A stretch of 40,878 bases of DNA from a virus (IMGVR_UViG_2541047787_000006:1-40878); one strand, 5' to 3'. Positions 26,985 to 35,604 are shown, counted from the first letter of the stretch. The notes: generated by a model not told the origin, from the letters alone. Program-made: numbers and translations.

Positions 26985-28460
26985 TTAAGCATAGGGATCG
27001 TAATCTGTGATGGCCTTGCCTTGCTGGTTCTGCTGCCCGGGAATTCGCAGACGCTTAGACACAGGGAACGCAAACGTCAGCAGTAGCGCATCGCCTTTAC
27101 CCGGTGAACGCCCAAGCCGCTCCTTGATATCTTCCTTCGGTTCGATAACGATTTTACCGTCCACTCGAACTTTGTACTCTGCCGCCGACAGGTCGTCTGC
27201 TGTTTCCTGGTCGTCCAGCGCGCCGCCTAGCTTCAGCCACGTCTTGCAGCTGTTGAACATCTCTCCGCGCTTATTTAGCATCTGGGGATCGGTCGAGCCG
27301 CCGCCGAACGGGATTAGCTGCCATGTCCTGCCCCAGCCGTCACCGATGGACTTCAGCCCGGTGCCGTAACCGAAGTCGATGAACACCGCGTCAGCCTGGT
27401 ACTGGTCTTCAAAGTCGGCGATTCGCTTAGCCATAATCAAATCGTCGGTGGTCTTGTTGCCGGTCCAGAGCACTTTGCTGTGCAGCCCCTGCCGCAGGTA
27501 TATCACCGCGTCATCAACTCCGGAATACGCCGGGTCGACGCCGATAATCACAGGAGCGTGAGCAACCTGCCCGGCGGTAACCACCCGCTTCATGGCCTCG
27601 TCTGTAAGGCCTGTTGGGATAAACTGGAGTTCTGACGCGTCAGGGAAGATCCCCCGCACGCGGACCTTCACGAAGTCGCTGTCTTCGCCGTAGTCGTCAA
27701 CCCATTTCTGCAGCTGCTGCTTGTTTGTGCCTTCCACGGTGCGGCTGTCAATCTGCGCGCACTTCCAGCGGTGCTTGTACTTGCGGAAGCATTCGCGGAA
27801 GCGCCCGGTGTTACGCGTCGGGTTCCCAAACGCCACCCAGATAATTTCCGTGTCTTCGTCCGTCAGCGCACCTTCAGCAACTTCCCACACCAGATCTGCA
27901 ATGTTGGACGCTTCATCGAATACCACGATGATACGCTTACGCTCGTTGTGCAGCCCGGCGAACGCCTCTGTGTTGTGCTCAGACCACGGTATTGCGTCAG
28001 CTCGCCAGCGCTTGTCGTGGCCTGGGTCATTGCTGTACATCGCCGTGGCGGTGCAGGTGAACCACTCTTTCGTGATAGCCAGATTCGACCATTTGATGAT
28101 TTCCGGCCATGTCTTGGTGCGCAGCTGGTTGTCGGTGTTGGCGGTCACCACGACCTTACAATCCTCGCAAGTGGACATGCCCCAGTTGATCAGCATTGAG
28201 ATGAATGCGGATTTACCAATACCGTGACCAGAAGCGCGTGCCAGCATAAGCGGCTGATATCGCGTCTCTGGATTCTGCAGGTGATCACGTATCTCTCGGA
28301 ACGCATCGGCCTGCCACTGACGTGGACCGGTGGCATGTGCCAGTTCAGTCCCCTCTTCCCCCCACGGGAACGCATAGAGGGCATAACCAAGCGGATCGTG
28401 AGTAAACCCTGCAATATCCTCGATCAACTGCTCTTCAGGAGATAACACTGTATCTGTCAC
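26985..28460 (-). CDS. Terminase large subunit
   Basis: 491 aa; Walker A-like GHGIGKS; nuclease-type C-terminal region; GTG start. Confidence 0.9.
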   Translation of the reverse strand: MTDTVLSPEEQLIEDIAGFTHDPLGYALYAFPWGEEGTELAHATGPRQWQADAFREIRDHLQNPETRYQPLMLARASGHGIGKSAFISMLINWGMSTCEDCKVVVTANTDNQLRTKTWPEIIKWSNLAITKEWFTCTATAMYSNDPGHDKRWRADAIPWSEHNTEAFAGLHNERKRIIVVFDEASNIADLVWEVAEGALTDEDTEIIWVAFGNPTRNTGRFRECFRKYKHRWKCAQIDSRTVEGTNKQQLQKWVDDYGEDSDFVKVRVRGIFPDASELQFIPTGLTDEAMKRVVTAGQVAHAPVIIGVDPAYSGVDDAVIYLRQGLHSKVLWTGNKTTDDLIMAKRIADFEDQYQADAVFIDFGYGTGLKSIGDGWGRTWQLIPFGGGSTDPQMLNKRGEMFNSCKTWLKLGGALDDQETADDLSAAEYKVRVDGKIVIEPKEDIKERLGRSPGKGDALLLTFAFPVSKRLRIPGQQNQQGKAITDYDPYA

Positions 28461-29089
28461 TGATTACCATCCTGACGTTCTTTGAGTCGCTTCCTGGCTG
28501 CTGCTATGCGATCAGCAATTGTCACATTCACATTAACATCCAGGCGTTCTTTGAATGCGTTGACGTCGACGTGCTTACCAATCAGTTCGAGGTTTTTCAC
28601 CTTGTCGGGCCATTTCACCTTCTTCAGGATATGCTCGACATCCTCAACAGAGAGATCCGCCTCGCCATTCTCTTTTTGCAGAGAGGCCTGAGTCGTCTTG
28701 ATAGTAGCGATATCCATCGCGCTGAGAGAGGTGCGCCATACCTTAGGCCACTCAGCGATCGGCTTCATCCCGCCGTCGTCGTTCAAGATATCCAGGACAT
28801 CCATCTGGTCGATCTCTACCAGGCGCATGAGGACGTAATCAGCGCTGACGCGCATTCGTTTGTTGCGCTCCTCCATCAACTCGGCAATCCGTTTTTGAAT
28901 GCGTTCATCGCGCATCATGACACTGGCTTTAACTGCCGCTGTATTTGGGGAGAATCCTGCGTTAATCGCTGCCTGAGTCTGGTTTTCAGGCGTTTTGATG
29001 TATGACTGGCAATAAGCCTCCTGCATTGCTGTTAGTGGCTTAAATTGCGTTGATTTGCGTTTATAGGTTTTAGGTTCAGCAGGCATCAT
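28457..29089 (-). CDS. Terminase small subunit
   Basis: N-terminal HTH-like region TAMQEAYCQSYIK...AAINAGFSPNTAAVKAS typical of small terminases; start chosen at the internal ATG with a GGTGG RBS rather than the ORF track start at 29185. Confidence 0.65.
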   Translation of the reverse strand: MMPAEPKTYKRKSTQFKPLTAMQEAYCQSYIKTPENQTQAAINAGFSPNTAAVKASVMMRDERIQKRIAELMEERNKRMRVSADYVLMRLVEIDQMDVLDILNDDGGMKPIAEWPKVWRTSLSAMDIATIKTTQASLQKENGEADLSVEDVEHILKKVKWPDKVKNLELIGKHVDVNAFKERLDVNVNVTIADRIAAARKRLKERQDGNQ

Positions 29090-29095
29090 AACCAC

Positions 29096-29128
29096 CGTGG
29101 TAATAGTTACCGTTGTGGTAATAGTACC
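29096..29128. repeat. Tandem direct repeat GTGGTAATAG(T)TACC x2 immediately upstream of the small terminase gene
   Basis: Two adjacent copies, each an everted GGTAA-N3-TTACC arrangement. Confidence 0.5.
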
Positions 29129-29132
29129 ATGC

Positions 29133-29158
29133 AAAATAAAGCCGCCATAGTTGGCGGC
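29133..29158 (-). terminator. Minus-strand rho-independent terminator separating the small-gene block from the late operon
   Basis: On the minus strand: stem GCCGCCA / TGGCGGC followed by TTTATTTT. Confidence 0.5.
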
Positions 29159-29206
29159 AGTATTCAAAACCATCAAATTCATCATGCATAATCTACTCGT
29201 GACATG

Positions 29207-29548
29207 TCACACTATTAATTTCGTTTCATGCCAGCCTTTAGTCACCCAGCATTGCGAGTCACCATTACACGGGCATGAATTAACTGGAACTCTCTCGCCG
29301 CACTTACCGCAACATTTTCTGCTGATCGATTTTATACGCCCGCGCACGCGTGCATCATCCTGGCGGATCAGTAACGCTATATACTCACCAAATTCGTAAG
29401 GCGCACGCCCGGGGCGACGCGTGGCACAGTTACTCTCCAGCATTTCAATTTCCTGAGCATCAAGCACAATTTCCAGCTTACGCACACCAGATGCAGCTTG
29501 TCTGGCTCTCTGAGCGGCTTTGCGCTCTGCTGCTGATTTAGCCATCAA
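29207..29548 (-). CDS. Hypothetical protein with basic helical N-terminus and Cys-rich (zinc-binding-like) C-terminus
   Basis: C-terminal CCGKCG...CPCNGDSQC cluster; last gene before the late-operon terminator. Confidence 0.45.
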   Translation of the reverse strand: MMAKSAAERKAAQRARQAASGVRKLEIVLDAQEIEMLESNCATRRPGRAPYEFGEYIALLIRQDDARVRGRIKSISRKCCGKCGERVPVNSCPCNGDSQCWVTKGWHETKLIV

Positions 29549-29822
29549 TATTTACCTTTATCGCGAACACCTTTACCGGCTTATCGCCGAAGTGCGGATG
29601 TGTGATTGTTTTCACTTCATATCCGTTATACGGGACGTCTATTCTGCGACTGGAATCGTCGCGCTTCGGATATCCCTTTGTGATAATCAGACGGTCATAC
29701 TCCAGGAGCATAATTCGCTTATTCCAGTAGTCATTACACAGGCGATACTCTTCTGTTTTCTCTCCGCGAATCATGGCATCGAAGTATTCACCTTTGACGG
29801 CAAGTTGCAGGTTAGCCATCAC
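29538..29822 (-). CDS. ASCH / DUF3850-like (PUA-fold) protein
   Basis: Pattern KGEYFDAMIRGEKTEEYR resembles the ASCH-type consensus. Confidence 0.45.
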   Translation of the reverse strand: MMANLQLAVKGEYFDAMIRGEKTEEYRLCNDYWNKRIMLLEYDRLIITKGYPKRDDSSRRIDVPYNGYEVKTITHPHFGDKPVKVFAIKVNIDG

Positions 29823-30046
29823 TCATCATCCTCATCCCAATCATCGTCGTTATCGCCAACCGACCATAACAGTGGGTTGGTAACTTTGCTTATCTGGCTT
29901 GCATATCCGCTACGTCCAAGGCTTCTCAGTACGTTGTATATTTCAAACATCTCAGTGCGTTCATCGCCAATGTCTAGCTGGCAGGCCAGTGCGTGACACT
30001 CTGAAGCGAGCGAGTCTAACTTTTGGAGGAATTCTGATTTACTCAC
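29819..30046 (-). CDS. Small acidic hypothetical protein
   Basis: 75 aa, acidic C-terminal tail; overlapping neighbours. Confidence 0.4.
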   Translation of the reverse strand: MSKSEFLQKLDSLASECHALACQLDIGDERTEMFEIYNVLRSLGRSGYASQISKVTNPLLWSVGDNDDDWDEDDE

Positions 30047-30588
30047 GGATTCACCTCCTGCGGCGGTTCTGGTAGCAGCATCCAGAACAAGGCGTTCCCT
30101 AACCAGGATAAAGTGCCGTCGCTCAACTCCACGTATTCCCCTTGCACCTGTCCTGCCATATACTCACCGTGCTTTGAATAAATTAAAATCCAATCATCTT
30201 GAGCGGGCATTCGCTCACTACAGCTTATCCAACCATCCGGAGTTACCGGAGTTGGTCCATCGAATTCGGGCATGTCAGGACCTTTTCTGATAGCTTTAGC
30301 CAGCTCCAGCGGGTCATCGTAAAGCCAGTCGCCAGTTTGTGGGTGATTTGCTTCTGCAAGCTGCGCAGCCCATTCAAGACCATCTTTTTGACCTTGGAGA
30401 TAATCAAGCGGCAACTCTTCATGATTACTTGCAGGTTCTGCACTATCAGCTTCGCGCCGCTTCTGTAGCTCTGCTGCCATCGCTCTCACGACTTCAACTG
30501 GTGCCCTTGCAGCAAACTCTATGTTGGTGATCAGCTCATTAAGATATTGCTCGCTGGGATACTGTTTCTTATCGGTTATAGTGGTCAT
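30043..30588 (-). CDS. DUF551-domain protein
   Basis: C-terminal DGWISCSERMP..WILIY pattern typical of DUF551 in lambdoid early regions. Confidence 0.55.
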   Translation of the reverse strand: MTTITDKKQYPSEQYLNELITNIEFAARAPVEVVRAMAAELQKRREADSAEPASNHEELPLDYLQGQKDGLEWAAQLAEANHPQTGDWLYDDPLELAKAIRKGPDMPEFDGPTPVTPDGWISCSERMPAQDDWILIYSKHGEYMAGQVQGEYVELSDGTLSWLGNALFWMLLPEPPQEVNP

Positions 30589-30590
30589 AG

Positions 30591-30803
30591 CTATTTCACC
30601 TTAATCTCAACATTTCGCAGCTTTAGCTCTACTGGCAGGTCTGACTTTCCGGTTAATGCTAATGCGAGATTTTCTGGAGTAATGAGAGCCGTTATTGTTT
30701 TCCCCATCGAGATACGAATGATTATTCGTATCTCGCGATCGTCACATGCTCCCGGTCGAACAATTGAGATTTGTCCGTTCATCTCACTCTCCTTTGATGC
30801 CAA
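30591..30803 (-). CDS. Small hypothetical protein
   Basis: 70 aa ORF, tightly packed with neighbours. Confidence 0.4.
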   Translation of the reverse strand: MASKESEMNGQISIVRPGACDDREIRIIIRISMGKTITALITPENLALALTGKSDLPVELKLRNVEIKVK

Positions 30804-31383
30804 TGTTTACAGCCTTGCAAGCCTCTTTGAGTACCCAGTCAACAGCGTCTTTCCATGCTCCGGTTTCGACTGGCGGATTTTCACGCTTAACCTGTTCATA
30901 GAAGCGCACTGCTTTAACCAGTCCTTCCGGTACTACTGGCGATGGCTGTTTAGCTTCTAAATCAGCAATTCTGTCAACCACGGCATCGACGGCATCTGAA
31001 AAACTGAAACAGTTACTCCACTCCGGCCTATCCCCGGTTGCTGCAAAATACATATCAGATAAAGCAGACTCAGCATTGTCACGCTCATTGATGAGTTGCT
31101 CTTCGCTTTCCTCCAGCTCTGCAATGAGTTTGCTTTGGGCTTCTCGTTCATCCAACAGCGCCTGCGCTACTTCAGGGTTGAAAGCTGCGATATAACGAGC
31201 GTTGTTCTCTGCGTTTTTCTGTTCGTCGAATCCTGGCCAGTCGACAATATCTCCGTGATGATTATCACCTGGTGTGTGCACGGCGTACGTGCCGTATTTG
31301 CCCGGCGAAATAAATGCGACCCATTCGCCTTGTGTTGCCTTTTCTGCCGCCTCACGCAGTGCCTGGTAATTAATTTCGCTCAC
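30784..31383 (-). CDS. Ead/Ea22-like protein
   Basis: N-terminus MSEINYQALREAAEKATQGEW matches the Ead/Ea22 signature. Confidence 0.65.
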   Translation of the reverse strand: MSEINYQALREAAEKATQGEWVAFISPGKYGTYAVHTPGDNHHGDIVDWPGFDEQKNAENNARYIAAFNPEVAQALLDEREAQSKLIAELEESEEQLINERDNAESALSDMYFAATGDRPEWSNCFSFSDAVDAVVDRIADLEAKQPSPVVPEGLVKAVRFYEQVKRENPPVETGAWKDAVDWVLKEACKAVNIGIKGE

Positions 31384-32090
31384 TGTTTGCCTCCTTTTCC
31401 AAGCTGGGCGGCGATATCTTCGAGAACGCCATCAGAGAATGAGCGGTCAAAATCGCCTTCCGGCGCATTAGCCATAAACTCAGTAGAGGTAAGAATCATC
31501 CGGGCAATATCCGCGGCGTTCTTCGCAGTATCATCAATAAAACCAGCTTCCCAGGCAGCCAGCATTCTGTTCGCCACAAAGTAAGCGCCCTCCTTGCGTG
31601 CTTCAGTCTTCACTTCAGCCAGGAAAGCATCGGTGGCTGGGGTTTCGACATTAGGTCGAAGCTCATAATCACAAACTCTTTCAATCCATGGTGATACTCT
31701 GTCGCATTTCCTCTTCTTGCGTTCACCGATCTTGGTTGCCTGCTGAATAATTACCCCCCAGCAAATGCTTTCGACCTCTTCGCTCCATCCATCGCAAGCA
31801 TCGCCTCTATAGTCGTCAATTGCAGCCTCAGCAGCAGCGATAGCCTCCTCAGCAGTTTTGTGACACTCGAAAATAAATTCAGAGCCATATGAGAAATACA
31901 TAGCCCCGGCCTTCAGCGCCGCATTCTCCGCTGCCAGCGCATTAGCACGCGCCAGTTGCACTTCCAGTTGCGTTGCCAAATCGCTGATCAGCTTTGCCAC
32001 GCTGCGCATATCAACGGCACCACATTCAGCTTTCAGTTCCGAAGCCATCTCATGCCCGGCGGAAACTAACCCTTTGATATTACCGTCCAT
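31380..32090 (-). CDS. Hypothetical early protein
   Basis: 236 aa, Ala/Glu-rich helical; shares only positional context with the adjacent Ea22-like gene. Confidence 0.45.
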   Translation of the reverse strand: MDGNIKGLVSAGHEMASELKAECGAVDMRSVAKLISDLATQLEVQLARANALAAENAALKAGAMYFSYGSEFIFECHKTAEEAIAAAEAAIDDYRGDACDGWSEEVESICWGVIIQQATKIGERKKRKCDRVSPWIERVCDYELRPNVETPATDAFLAEVKTEARKEGAYFVANRMLAAWEAGFIDDTAKNAADIARMILTSTEFMANAPEGDFDRSFSDGVLEDIAAQLGKGGKQ

Positions 32091-32151
32091 CTTTACCCTC
32101 GCTTATCCACATAACTTATTGATTACATTGATAACTAAAAAGATCGTCGAT

Positions 32152-32496
32152 TCAGAACTCTTCGATGTTCCAGCCACCACCTGCTTTCTTTGGCTTAACC
32201 GTTACCCCGATGATTCGGAACGGATACTGATCTGCGGCGACTTTGGTTTTCACCCTGGCGTCGTCGGTCCAGAAACCTTTCACTTCGTGCAGTTCCATCT
32301 CGCCGGTGGCGAGCATCACAGCAAAATCGGGCGTATAGAACGTGTTATCAGCTAACCGCAGCTTGATACCCTCGAATCGATACCAGGCGATTTCCCCTGC
32401 ACGTTTACGCTGCTCAAGGTGCTGGCAATACGCAGATTCTGTTTTGTTCATCTGTCCTGTTTTGAGTCGACCAAGAGCCTGTATCTGTTTTCTCAT
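32152..32496 (-). CDS. DUF1064-family protein
   Basis: 114 aa; pattern GQMNKTESAYCQHLE...YTPDF resembles DUF1064. Confidence 0.55.
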   Translation of the reverse strand: MRKQIQALGRLKTGQMNKTESAYCQHLEQRKRAGEIAWYRFEGIKLRLADNTFYTPDFAVMLATGEMELHEVKGFWTDDARVKTKVAADQYPFRIIGVTVKPKKAGGGWNIEEF

Positions 32497-32561
32497 GATT
32501 TACCCCTGAGGTAATTAAAAACCACATAAGACATGAAATCAATAGATTTTAGAATATTTTA

Positions 32562-32576
32562 TTACCAAACAGGTAA
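32562..32576. promoter_or_regulatory. Operator palindrome TTACCAAACAGGTAA
   Basis: Perfect TTACC-N5-GGTAA dyad in the gap between the P-like and DUF1064 genes. Confidence 0.45.
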
Positions 32577-32613
32577 TTATCGAGACGTAAAAAAATGCGC
32601 TATCGCGCTGGTA

Positions 32614-33414
32614 TTACTTGATAAATCCTGACGCCTTTCCCCGCCTGTATTCCTCCATCAGCCACTGCGCCGGTGTTATTCCCCCCAGGGTGGCGGCGTT
32701 AGGCATACACCCGAAACTTCGCCCTGGTGGATGGTAAACGTCTCTCCCTGTGTCCGGAGGCGTACTCATGGGTTCTGGCTTTGCCTGTATGCTGATCACC
32801 GGATCGGGTATCTGCTGTCCGGAAGCCACCTTTTTCGCCCAATCATCGAGCAGCCTGCGCGCGTGTTTCTCAACCTCAATCTCGCTAAGCTGGCGCTGAT
32901 ACATTGCACGGCGGGTATCACATACGACCCAGTACATAACCGGATGCCGCCACGGGAATCTTTCGGGACCACCAGGATATAAACTTTTTTCCTTGCTGTA
33001 CCGGTGAAACTCCGTCATCACATCGTCAATGGTGACGCCAAGAACCATCTTGCTGTCTTTACACCACTTGATAAATTGCCCTGGCGACGGCCAGAACGGA
33101 GATTCACTGGCGCGGGCGTGGCGCATACCAGCAGAAACCTGTTCACGGGTTCGGATCCCCCCTTCGGCAAACGCAGCAATCCACTGCTGTTTTGCAGCAA
33201 CTTCCTGCTCTGGCGTCTTCAGGTTGGTTACCACTGCCGCCGGAAACAGTTGTTTCAGCTGTTTGAAAAGGGCATCAACAAGCCTCTCTGCTGACATGTT
33301 CACCACATTGTCATTGTTGGTGTACTGATGCTCATAACCTGACATGCGAGAAAGGGCTTCTCCGTCACGGTTTTGTATCGCGGTAAAAACGTTGTTCACA
33401 AGAAATCCTCCCAT
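32614..33414 (-). CDS. Replication protein P-like (helicase loader)
   Basis: QWIAAFAEGGIRTREQVSAGMRHARASESPFWPSPGQFIKWC closely parallels the lambda P motif RQWVLAFRENGITTMEQVNAGMRVARRQNRPFLPSPGQFVAWC. Confidence 0.8.
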   Translation of the reverse strand: MGGFLVNNVFTAIQNRDGEALSRMSGYEHQYTNNDNVVNMSAERLVDALFKQLKQLFPAAVVTNLKTPEQEVAAKQQWIAAFAEGGIRTREQVSAGMRHARASESPFWPSPGQFIKWCKDSKMVLGVTIDDVMTEFHRYSKEKSLYPGGPERFPWRHPVMYWVVCDTRRAMYQRQLSEIEVEKHARRLLDDWAKKVASGQQIPDPVISIQAKPEPMSTPPDTGRDVYHPPGRSFGCMPNAATLGGITPAQWLMEEYRRGKASGFIK

Positions 33415-34211
33415 GCTTCAGGGCTGTTCCAGTGCGGAACGTTGTTATCAGGTAATGTTGATTGCTTCTGTCTGCTAATCTGCAGCCGCCTTGCCAGCTT
33501 CTGCTCCCACTGTGCCTGATGGTATGCCTTACCCTCAGCCATCCAGTAAATTCTGAACTCTGCAAGTTCCTGTGCCGTTGGCAGACTGTCCAGGTAGATC
33601 CCCTGCAATGAGCTTTTCCGAAGAAAGTCATCTGATGGCTGCCATTGTTCATGCATGACAAATTTGCCTAATTGCCCTGGCCCACCAGGAGGAACAAAGT
33701 TATTCATCACGGCGTTGTTTGCACCGGGGTCATGAGGCACAGAATCCCCGCTTTTTGTCCTGCTCTCCCTCTCTTGGTTAAATGACTGGTTATATGACTG
33801 GTTCTGGATCCCGTTTTTGGGATCATTCAACATCCCGTTTTTGGGATCATTCAACATCCCGTTTTTGGGTATATTCCCGTTTTCGGTAACATTACCGTTT
33901 TCGGGTTCATTGCCCCCCTCCCGGTTGCCTTTAATGTTCCCGTTTTTGGTTATATTAAGAGAGAAAACCCGCACTCTTTTTGTCGCTCCCTTTCTCTCTC
34001 CGGTATCTGAAATAAGCCCCATTTTCATGAGCGATATAAGCCCGGCCTGCACGGTTTTTTTATTCAGGCAAGTGTCTTTAACGAGGCGTTCTATGCTGGG
34101 GTAGCAGAGGTTATATTCATCGGCTCTGTCAGCTATCGAGAGCAGTATGAGCTTTAATGATGAGCTACCTGGATCTGTCTCCCAGGCCCAATCTGTTGCA
34201 TGTCTGCTCAT
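33396..34211 (-). CDS. Replication initiator, O-like winged-helix N-terminus, with iterons inside the gene
   Basis: N-terminal LKLILLSIADRADEYNLCYPSIERLVKD..GLI winged-helix pattern; internal repeated NG..N peptide encoded by the iteron DNA. Confidence 0.7.
   Translation of the reverse strand: MSRHATDWAWETDPGSSSLKLILLSIADRADEYNLCYPSIERLVKDTCLNKKTVQAGLISLMKMGLISDTGERKGATKRVRVFSLNITKNGNIKGNREGGNEPENGNVTENGNIPKNGMLNDPKNGMLNDPKNGIQNQSYNQSFNQERESRTKSGDSVPHDPGANNAVMNNFVPPGGPGQLGKFVMHEQWQPSDDFLRKSSLQGIYLDSLPTAQELAEFRIYWMAEGKAYHQAQWEQKLARRLQISRQKQSTLPDNNVPHWNSPEAWEDFL
33808..33956. repeat. Iteron array (candidate replication origin) inside the O-like gene
   Basis: About six copies of (T/A)(T/A)CCCGTTTT(T/C)GG; the first three have an exact 24-bp period, two of them identical ATCCCGTTTTTGGGATCATTCAAC. 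Confidence 0.7.
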
Positions 34212-34226
34212 GATTAATCTCCGCTA

Positions 34227-34463
34227 TCAGCTTGAATGTTGTGGGGAGGAATTAATCATGATCTGCTTAATCTCTGCCCTGATGCGACGGTTTGATTCCA
34301 TGGTGCACTCAACACAGTGTCCGTTGTAAACCCAGCGTTCACTGTCATGTCCGTGCTTACATTGTTTTCCGGTGTAATAGCGTTTAAGTCCGCGCTTTGC
34401 GGCATCAATACGTGTAATGATTTCCATGGTAAGCCCTGTTATTAGTATTGGGATTACGGTCAT
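34227..34463 (-). CDS. Small Cys/His-rich (zinc-ribbon-like) protein in the cII-equivalent position
   Basis: Motif KQCKHGHDSERWVYNGHCVEC; start uncertain (ATG at 34463 or 34427). Confidence 0.4.
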   Translation of the reverse strand: MTVIPILITGLTMEIITRIDAAKRGLKRYYTGKQCKHGHDSERWVYNGHCVECTMESNRRIRAEIKQIMINSSPQHSS

Positions 34464-34507
34464 TTTGTGCTGACACAAAAAAAAGATCAACCAGATTCGG
34501 TTTTTTA

Positions 34508-34522
34508 TTACCTTTGAGGTGC
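34508..34522. promoter_or_regulatory. Operator-like site TTACCTTTGAGGTGC
   Basis: TTACC-N5-GGTGc between the cro terminator and the zinc-ribbon gene. Confidence 0.4.
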
Positions 34523-34530
34523 GAATAGAT

Positions 34531-34557
34531 ATGAAAAGACCGCCGGATGGCGGTCTA
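34531..34557 (-). terminator. Terminator immediately downstream of the cro-like gene
   Basis: On the minus strand: stem AGACCGCC / GGCGGTCT with loop followed by TTTTCAT. Confidence 0.45.
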
Positions 34558-34577
34558 CAGAGGGTTGTGGCTGGATA

Positions 34578-34808
34578 TCATGAGTAGAAGAAGTATGCCA
34601 GTTCTGCTTTTGAGCGCAGCCATTGTCTTGATTTACAGGCTTTAAAAAGCCCATTCATCAATACCTTACCTGGCATTTTGCGCTTACCTGTTAAGTGAGT
34701 CTGGATATAGTGACTCGTCGTTCCGGCTTCCTGTGCGAAGGCTTCACGCTCATCCGGAGTAAGTGCAAGCCAGTGCTTTTTGAAATCGAAATGTCCGTTA
34801 TCGCTCAT
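34578..34808 (-). CDS. Cro-like HTH protein (YdaS/Cro-type)
   Basis: 76 aa; HTH-like segment LTPDEREAFAQEAGTTSHYIQTHLTGKR; divergent from the repressor gene across an operator-rich intergenic region. Confidence 0.6.
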   Translation of the reverse strand: MSDNGHFDFKKHWLALTPDEREAFAQEAGTTSHYIQTHLTGKRKMPGKVLMNGLFKACKSRQWLRSKAELAYFFYS

Positions 34809-34844
34809 AGCTATTGCCTGATATTTATTTCAGATAATAAATAT

Positions 34845-34907
34845 TCACCTATAAGGTAACAAAAATCAAGGATAGTTACCTATGGGGTGCATTTACCTGT
34901 TGGGTAA
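34845..34907. promoter_or_regulatory. Immunity-region operator cluster: TCACCTATAAGGTAA (34845-34859), TTACCTATGGGGTGC (34876-34890), TTACCTGTTGGGTAA (34893-34907)
   Basis: Three copies of the TTACC-N5-GGTAA dyad within the 154-bp gap between the cro-like and repressor-like genes. Confidence 0.6.
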
Positions 34908-34962
34908 TATTGCTTTAAATTGAATCATCTACTGATTCATATATGAGGCGATTTTCCAGAAA

Positions 34963-35547
34963 ATGAAAAGTATCCAGGACGTCCGCAGGCAAAATCTCAA
35001 CGACTTGATCGACCGTGAATTCAATGGTGTTCAGACGCGGATGGCAGAAAAACTTGGAACTCAGGCAAATCTGGTAAACCGCTGGGCTCTTGGCAAGAAG
35101 GTTATCGGCGACCAGGTTGCGCGAAAAATTGAAGCTGCCGCAAATAAACCCCGTAACTGGCTTGATATCGATCGCTCGCTTTCTCAGGAGGGTTTTCAGC
35201 CTGTCGGCCCAAGCGACATTGGTCAGCTGGCGGCTCACAACCTGGAACGCTGGATGAGCGAAAGCCGCGACCTTTCAACTCAGGGAAAACTTCACCGCGC
35301 ATCCGGCGTCGCCCAGGTGACAATCAGCCGCCTGTTAAACAATGAGGTCAGCGTTTCCATTTCCACCCTGGAGAATGTTGCATCCGCATTCGGGCGTCAC
35401 GGCTATGAATTACTGATTCACCCGCACGACCCTGCGACTATCAACTATGATCGCTCGCGCTACGCATTGTTACCCGAAACCGAGAAAGCAAAGATCGAAA
35501 GTTACATTGAATTTGTCATCAACCAGAACGAAAAAAACAAACAATAA
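34963..35547 (+). CDS. Prophage repressor candidate with two HTH motifs and no peptidase domain
   Basis: Two HTH-like segments (QANLVNRWALGKK and GVAQVTISRLLNNE); no recognisable S24-type cleavage module; divergent from cro. Confidence 0.55.
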   Translation: MKSIQDVRRQNLNDLIDREFNGVQTRMAEKLGTQANLVNRWALGKKVIGDQVARKIEAAANKPRNWLDIDRSLSQEGFQPVGPSDIGQLAAHNLERWMSESRDLSTQGKLHRASGVAQVTISRLLNNEVSVSISTLENVASAFGRHGYELLIHPHDPATINYDRSRYALLPETEKAKIESYIEFVINQNEKNKQ

Positions 35548-35569
35548 AACTATAGTTTTCAGCAAGTAA

Positions 35570-35591
35570 GCCGCCTCATGGCGGCTTTTTT
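35570..35591 (+). terminator. Rho-independent terminator after the repressor gene
   Basis: Stem GCCGCC / GGCGGC, loop TCAT, followed by TTTTTT. Confidence 0.6.
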
Positions 35592-35604
35592 ATTGCCTGT
35601 TAGA

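Noticed and set aside
28457-29185. Long form of the small terminase ORF starting at 29185
   Set aside because: The extra 32 N-terminal codons have no RBS and cover the tandem repeats and promoter-like region; the internal ATG at 29089 has a GGTGG RBS, so the shorter gene was called
34818-34833. LexA-like dyad CTGATATTTATTTCAG just upstream of the cro start
   Set aside because: Half-sites are CTGA/TCAG rather than CTGT/ACAG and the dyad is imperfect; more likely an AT-rich promoter element
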